Shown here piece by piece: positions 60,791 through 64,000 of a DNA stretch of 64,000 nucleotides. Position 1 is the stretch's first letter, and each line of letters begins with the position of its first letter. A program made the translations under genes and the position numbers. The notes beneath the pieces are model-generated. The model saw nothing but the letters and a program-made list of their open reading frames with translations. It had not been told where the DNA came from and made no database searches. The DNA lies in contig NC_086097.1 of the NCBI RefSeq assembly GCF_963921235.1, forward strand, positions 254,946,001 through 255,010,000, written 5' to 3'. The DNA is from Mobula hypostoma (taxonomy: Eukaryota).

Positions 60791-60991
60791 ATATCAATTC
60801 CAACTGCCGTCACAACCGGTTGTAAAAATAGACAGTGGCAGAGAGCGACCGTATGTTTGTCTGCGTGGTTGGTTGATGATTGAGTGAGTGTGTCTGTGTG
60901 TGAGCTGATGATTGTGCAACGGTATTCAGCGGCAGGCATGCAATGGTGCTTGTGGCGCTGAGCAAATGACAGGAGGTGAACCGGATGTGCT

Positions 60992-61064
60992 GGGGAATTA
61001 GCTCAAATGGTAGAGCGCTCGCTTAGCATGTGAGAGGTAGCGAGATCGATGCTCGCATTCTCCA
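60992..61064 (+). tRNA. tRNA-Ala(AGC) (C40>T, G:U pair)
   Basis: Cloverleaf retained; TTTT downstream. Confidence 0.92.
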
Positions 61065-61571
61065 TTGACATTTTGTATCCAGAGGCACCCGTCTCATTAA
61101 ATTGCTCTGAAGTTTCGAATACACAAAATATACGGGTGGCAGAGAGGGACATGAACGTGTCTAAGTCAAAGGAAAGGAGGAAATGTCGTAGGTCTCCTGC
61201 GCTAAAGGCAGATACGAGGAAAAGGTAGCTGGCAGCTGGTGTTTCAGTAATGCATGAGCTGCAGGCGACCATTCAGACAGAAATCAGTTCAGTGGTCGAA
61301 AGTAATTTGCCCTGGACACTGGGCGAAATGAGAAAGCGGAGTAGCCTTTGATTTTGAAAAGCAAAGAAGATCAAAGAGCTGTGTTGGAGTCGCACCGAGA
61401 AAGGTGATAAGCTCGGTGATTTGCGTCATCCGGTCGCCTGTGGCCCATAGTGCTGGATGGACTAGATATTACAACTGGCAGGCCGTTGCTCTGGGTGGAG
61501 AGACACCAGGATGAAAATCTGCATAATCATTGTGGGTAGTCGCCAGCGTGGCGAAGCTTGGTGTCGCTTTT

Positions 61572-61657
61572 CCTTCGATAGCTCAGTTGGTAGAGCGGAG
61601 GACTGTAGAGGAAATGGAGTCATCCTTAGGTCGCTGGTTCGAATCCGGCTCGAAGGA
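61572..61657 (+). tRNA. tRNA-Tyr(GTA), intron-containing, intact
   Basis: Consensus sequence. Confidence 0.97.
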
Positions 61658-62350
61658 TCGGGACTTCTTTTACTACGCCGATCATCAATTCCGTAGTATG
61701 CAGCTTCTCGGTGGCACAAACTGCAGTGCGAATTGCTCCTACTCGTGACGGGATAGAATTAAGAGGCATCTAATCACATAACAGGCAAGGCCAGCAGATC
61801 ACTGGGTCACATTTCAGAGCGCTATGTCCTCACGCTTGCTGCTCTGACACGACGACAACCGTGACTCGTCCTAAAGTAACACAAAGATAGAAATATCAGA
61901 TTGGATATGATTAGATGATGAGGACACTCAGTCCTCGTTTACTGTAATTTTAAAATGCATGCCTTAAAAAATGATACCATGTTCCTCCGGTATGATATCA
62001 CAGAAACACAAGACAGACTTGACCATCAGTCACTGAAAGCAAGCATGCAAGTACAGCAGGCAGTGAAGAAAGCTAATGGCATGCTGGCCTTCATAACAAG
62101 GGGAATTGAGTTTAAGAGCAAAGAGGTCCTTTTGCAACTGTACAGGGCCCTGGTGAGACCAGACCTGCAGTACTGTCTGCAGTTTTGATCTCCAAATTTA
62201 AAGAAGGACATTCTTGCTATTGACGGAGTGCAGCGCAGGTTCACAAGACTAATTTCCGGGATGGCGGGACTGTCATATGTCGAATGATAGGAGCGACTGA
62301 GCTTTTATATTCTGGAATTTAGAAGGCTGAGAGGGGATCTTATTGAAACA

Positions 62351-63147
62351 TAGATAGATAGATATACTTTATTAATCCCGAGGGAAATTTGGTTTCGTTA
62401 CAGCCGCTCCAACCAAGAATAGAGCGTAAGTATAGCAATACAAAAAACCCCAACAATCAAACACCAAAATGCAAACTATGCCAGATGGAAAATAAGTCCA
62501 GGACCAGTATATTGGCTCAGGGTGTCTGACCCTCCACGGGAGGAGCTGCACGTTCGATGGCCACAGGCAGGAATGACCTCCTGTGCCGCCAAGTGTTGTA
62601 TCACGGTGGAATGTGGCCAAAGTGCAACAGGAAAAAGTTCAATATCCAGTCTGCAAACACGTTCCTCGATCGTAATATACCCCGGATTGTACCATCGTTT
62701 GTTAACCAGATCAGTAAGCACCGAACTCCTTCATGCTCCCCGCTCTCAGTGCACTTGCGGTCAGGCGAAACGGTATTAAACACCGAACTCCTCTTTCGAC
62801 CCGTTCCTCTTTCCACGGCTTTGTGATCCCCCTCTGTGTGTTTTCATCCGGATTTTAGCAGGGGTGTCCACCGCTCTGTTCGCTAAGCCGGCCGGCATTT
62901 GATGGTCCGTGAAATACACAATGCGACCTTGCTTCCGTCCCACGTGTCGGGATGTAACCATTTCCAGCCCTAAAGAAAACCCAAATAAATCTCTTTCTAC
63001 CAGCACGTTAGAGAAGGTGCAGCATCGACGTGTTACCGTGAGGAAGAAAAATACAAAAAACAACGTAAATTAAAAAGTAAGAAGACGAAAGTGAAAATAG
63101 ATCTGAACGGCTGTAGCGGGCTGCATGCACGAGCGGCGCATGCGCAC
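62351..63147 (-). mobile_element. mini-Rex1 inside a CR1 fragment (CR1 pieces ~62019-62350 and 63148-63400)
   Basis: Same sequence and junctions as 18310-19118. Confidence 0.75.
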
Positions 63148-64000
63148 TAACGATATAAGATTATTAAGGGTTTGAACTCGGTGGAGGCAGGAAGCATGTT
63201 CCCGCTGATGGGTGAGTCCAGAACCAGAGGCCACAGTTCAAGAATAAGGGCTGGGCCATTTAGAACGGAGTTGAGGAAGAACTTTCTTACCCAGAGAGTG
63301 GTAGACATATGGAATGCTCTGCCCCAGAAGGCTGTGGAGGCCAAGTCTCTGGATGCTTTCAAAAATGGCCTTCTTCTGCACCTATTGTCTATTGTCTATT
63401 GACCAAGACGAAAATATACAAAAACACATAATTCTACCAAATAGTTACAACAGTACAAAGCATTACCGTAATTTGATAAGAGCAGACCATGGGCATCGAA
63501 AAAAAAGTTTCAATTACCTGATGGCCTCGTCATCTCACGCAGACGGTAGAAGGGAGAAACTCACCCTGCCATGAGCTTCCAGCACCGCGAACCTGCTGAT
63601 GCAGCGTCCTGGAAGCAGCCGTGCACAGTCCGACTTTGAGTCCGTCCGAAAATTTCGATCTTCCGACCAGACTCCGGCACCGAGCGCCGAGCACCATCTC
63701 TGCCGAGCGCATCGACCCAGGCCCCGGCCGCCAAGCAACAGGGAAAGCCGAGGATTCTGGGCATTCCTCTCCGGAGATTTCCGATCACACAGTAGCAGTG
63801 GCAGCGAAGCAGGCATTTCAGAAATTTCACCAGATATTCCTCCGTGCTGTCACGTCTGCCTCCATCAAATCAGAATTGTGCACGGCCTCCTACTTGACAG
63901 GTAACAGATATTCATCACTGGTGCGGCCGCGCGTAGCAAGTGTACAGAGGAAGAGACCGACCCAAAGGCCCAGATGGAACATCGGTGACCTCTTGGTTGG

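Larger units (their letters stand above)
1..64000 (+). repeat. Tandem tRNA-Ala/tRNA-Tyr macrosatellite (about 15 diverged units, variable unit length)
   Basis: The same ordered blocks (Ala gene, ~500-bp spacer, Tyr gene, TE-derived spacer) recur throughout; near-identical ORF translations recur in the ORF track. Confidence 0.95.

Noticed and set aside
1262..61657. tRNA loci as heads of tRNA-derived SINEs
   Set aside because: Full cloverleaves end in nearby TTTT terminators, Tyr retains its intron, and both flanks are shared, indicating DNA-level duplication.

Overview
Eukaryotic DNA, vertebrate and most likely a cartilaginous fish (inferred from the CR1 + Rex1/Babar + Penelope mix). No host protein-coding gene is present. 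The whole window is a degenerating tandem tRNA-gene macrosatellite. A head-to-tail module with tRNA-Ala(AGC) followed about 545-580 bp later by an intron-containing tRNA-Tyr(GTA) recurs roughly 15 times, giving 14 Ala loci (one truncated) and 13 Tyr loci, all on the + strand. The spacers are built from co-amplified retroelement remains: an old Rex1/Babar LINE 3' fragment, a solo-LTR-like element with 23-bp and 31-bp minisatellites, a non-coding retroposon with an (ATCTA)n tail, a CR1 3' fragment and an internally deleted 'mini-Rex1'. Younger copy-specific insertions are Penelope-like fragments carrying hammerhead ribozymes and several CR1s, one full-length with ORF2 split by an inverted sibling. 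The most notable signals are tRNA variants with altered identity elements (Ala A3:U70, Tyr with an ATA anticodon), the mini-Rex1, a hairpin-embedded hammerhead cassette and a five-level nest of retroelements. All family assignments come from motif recognition by eye, not database searches. TE boundaries are approximate.
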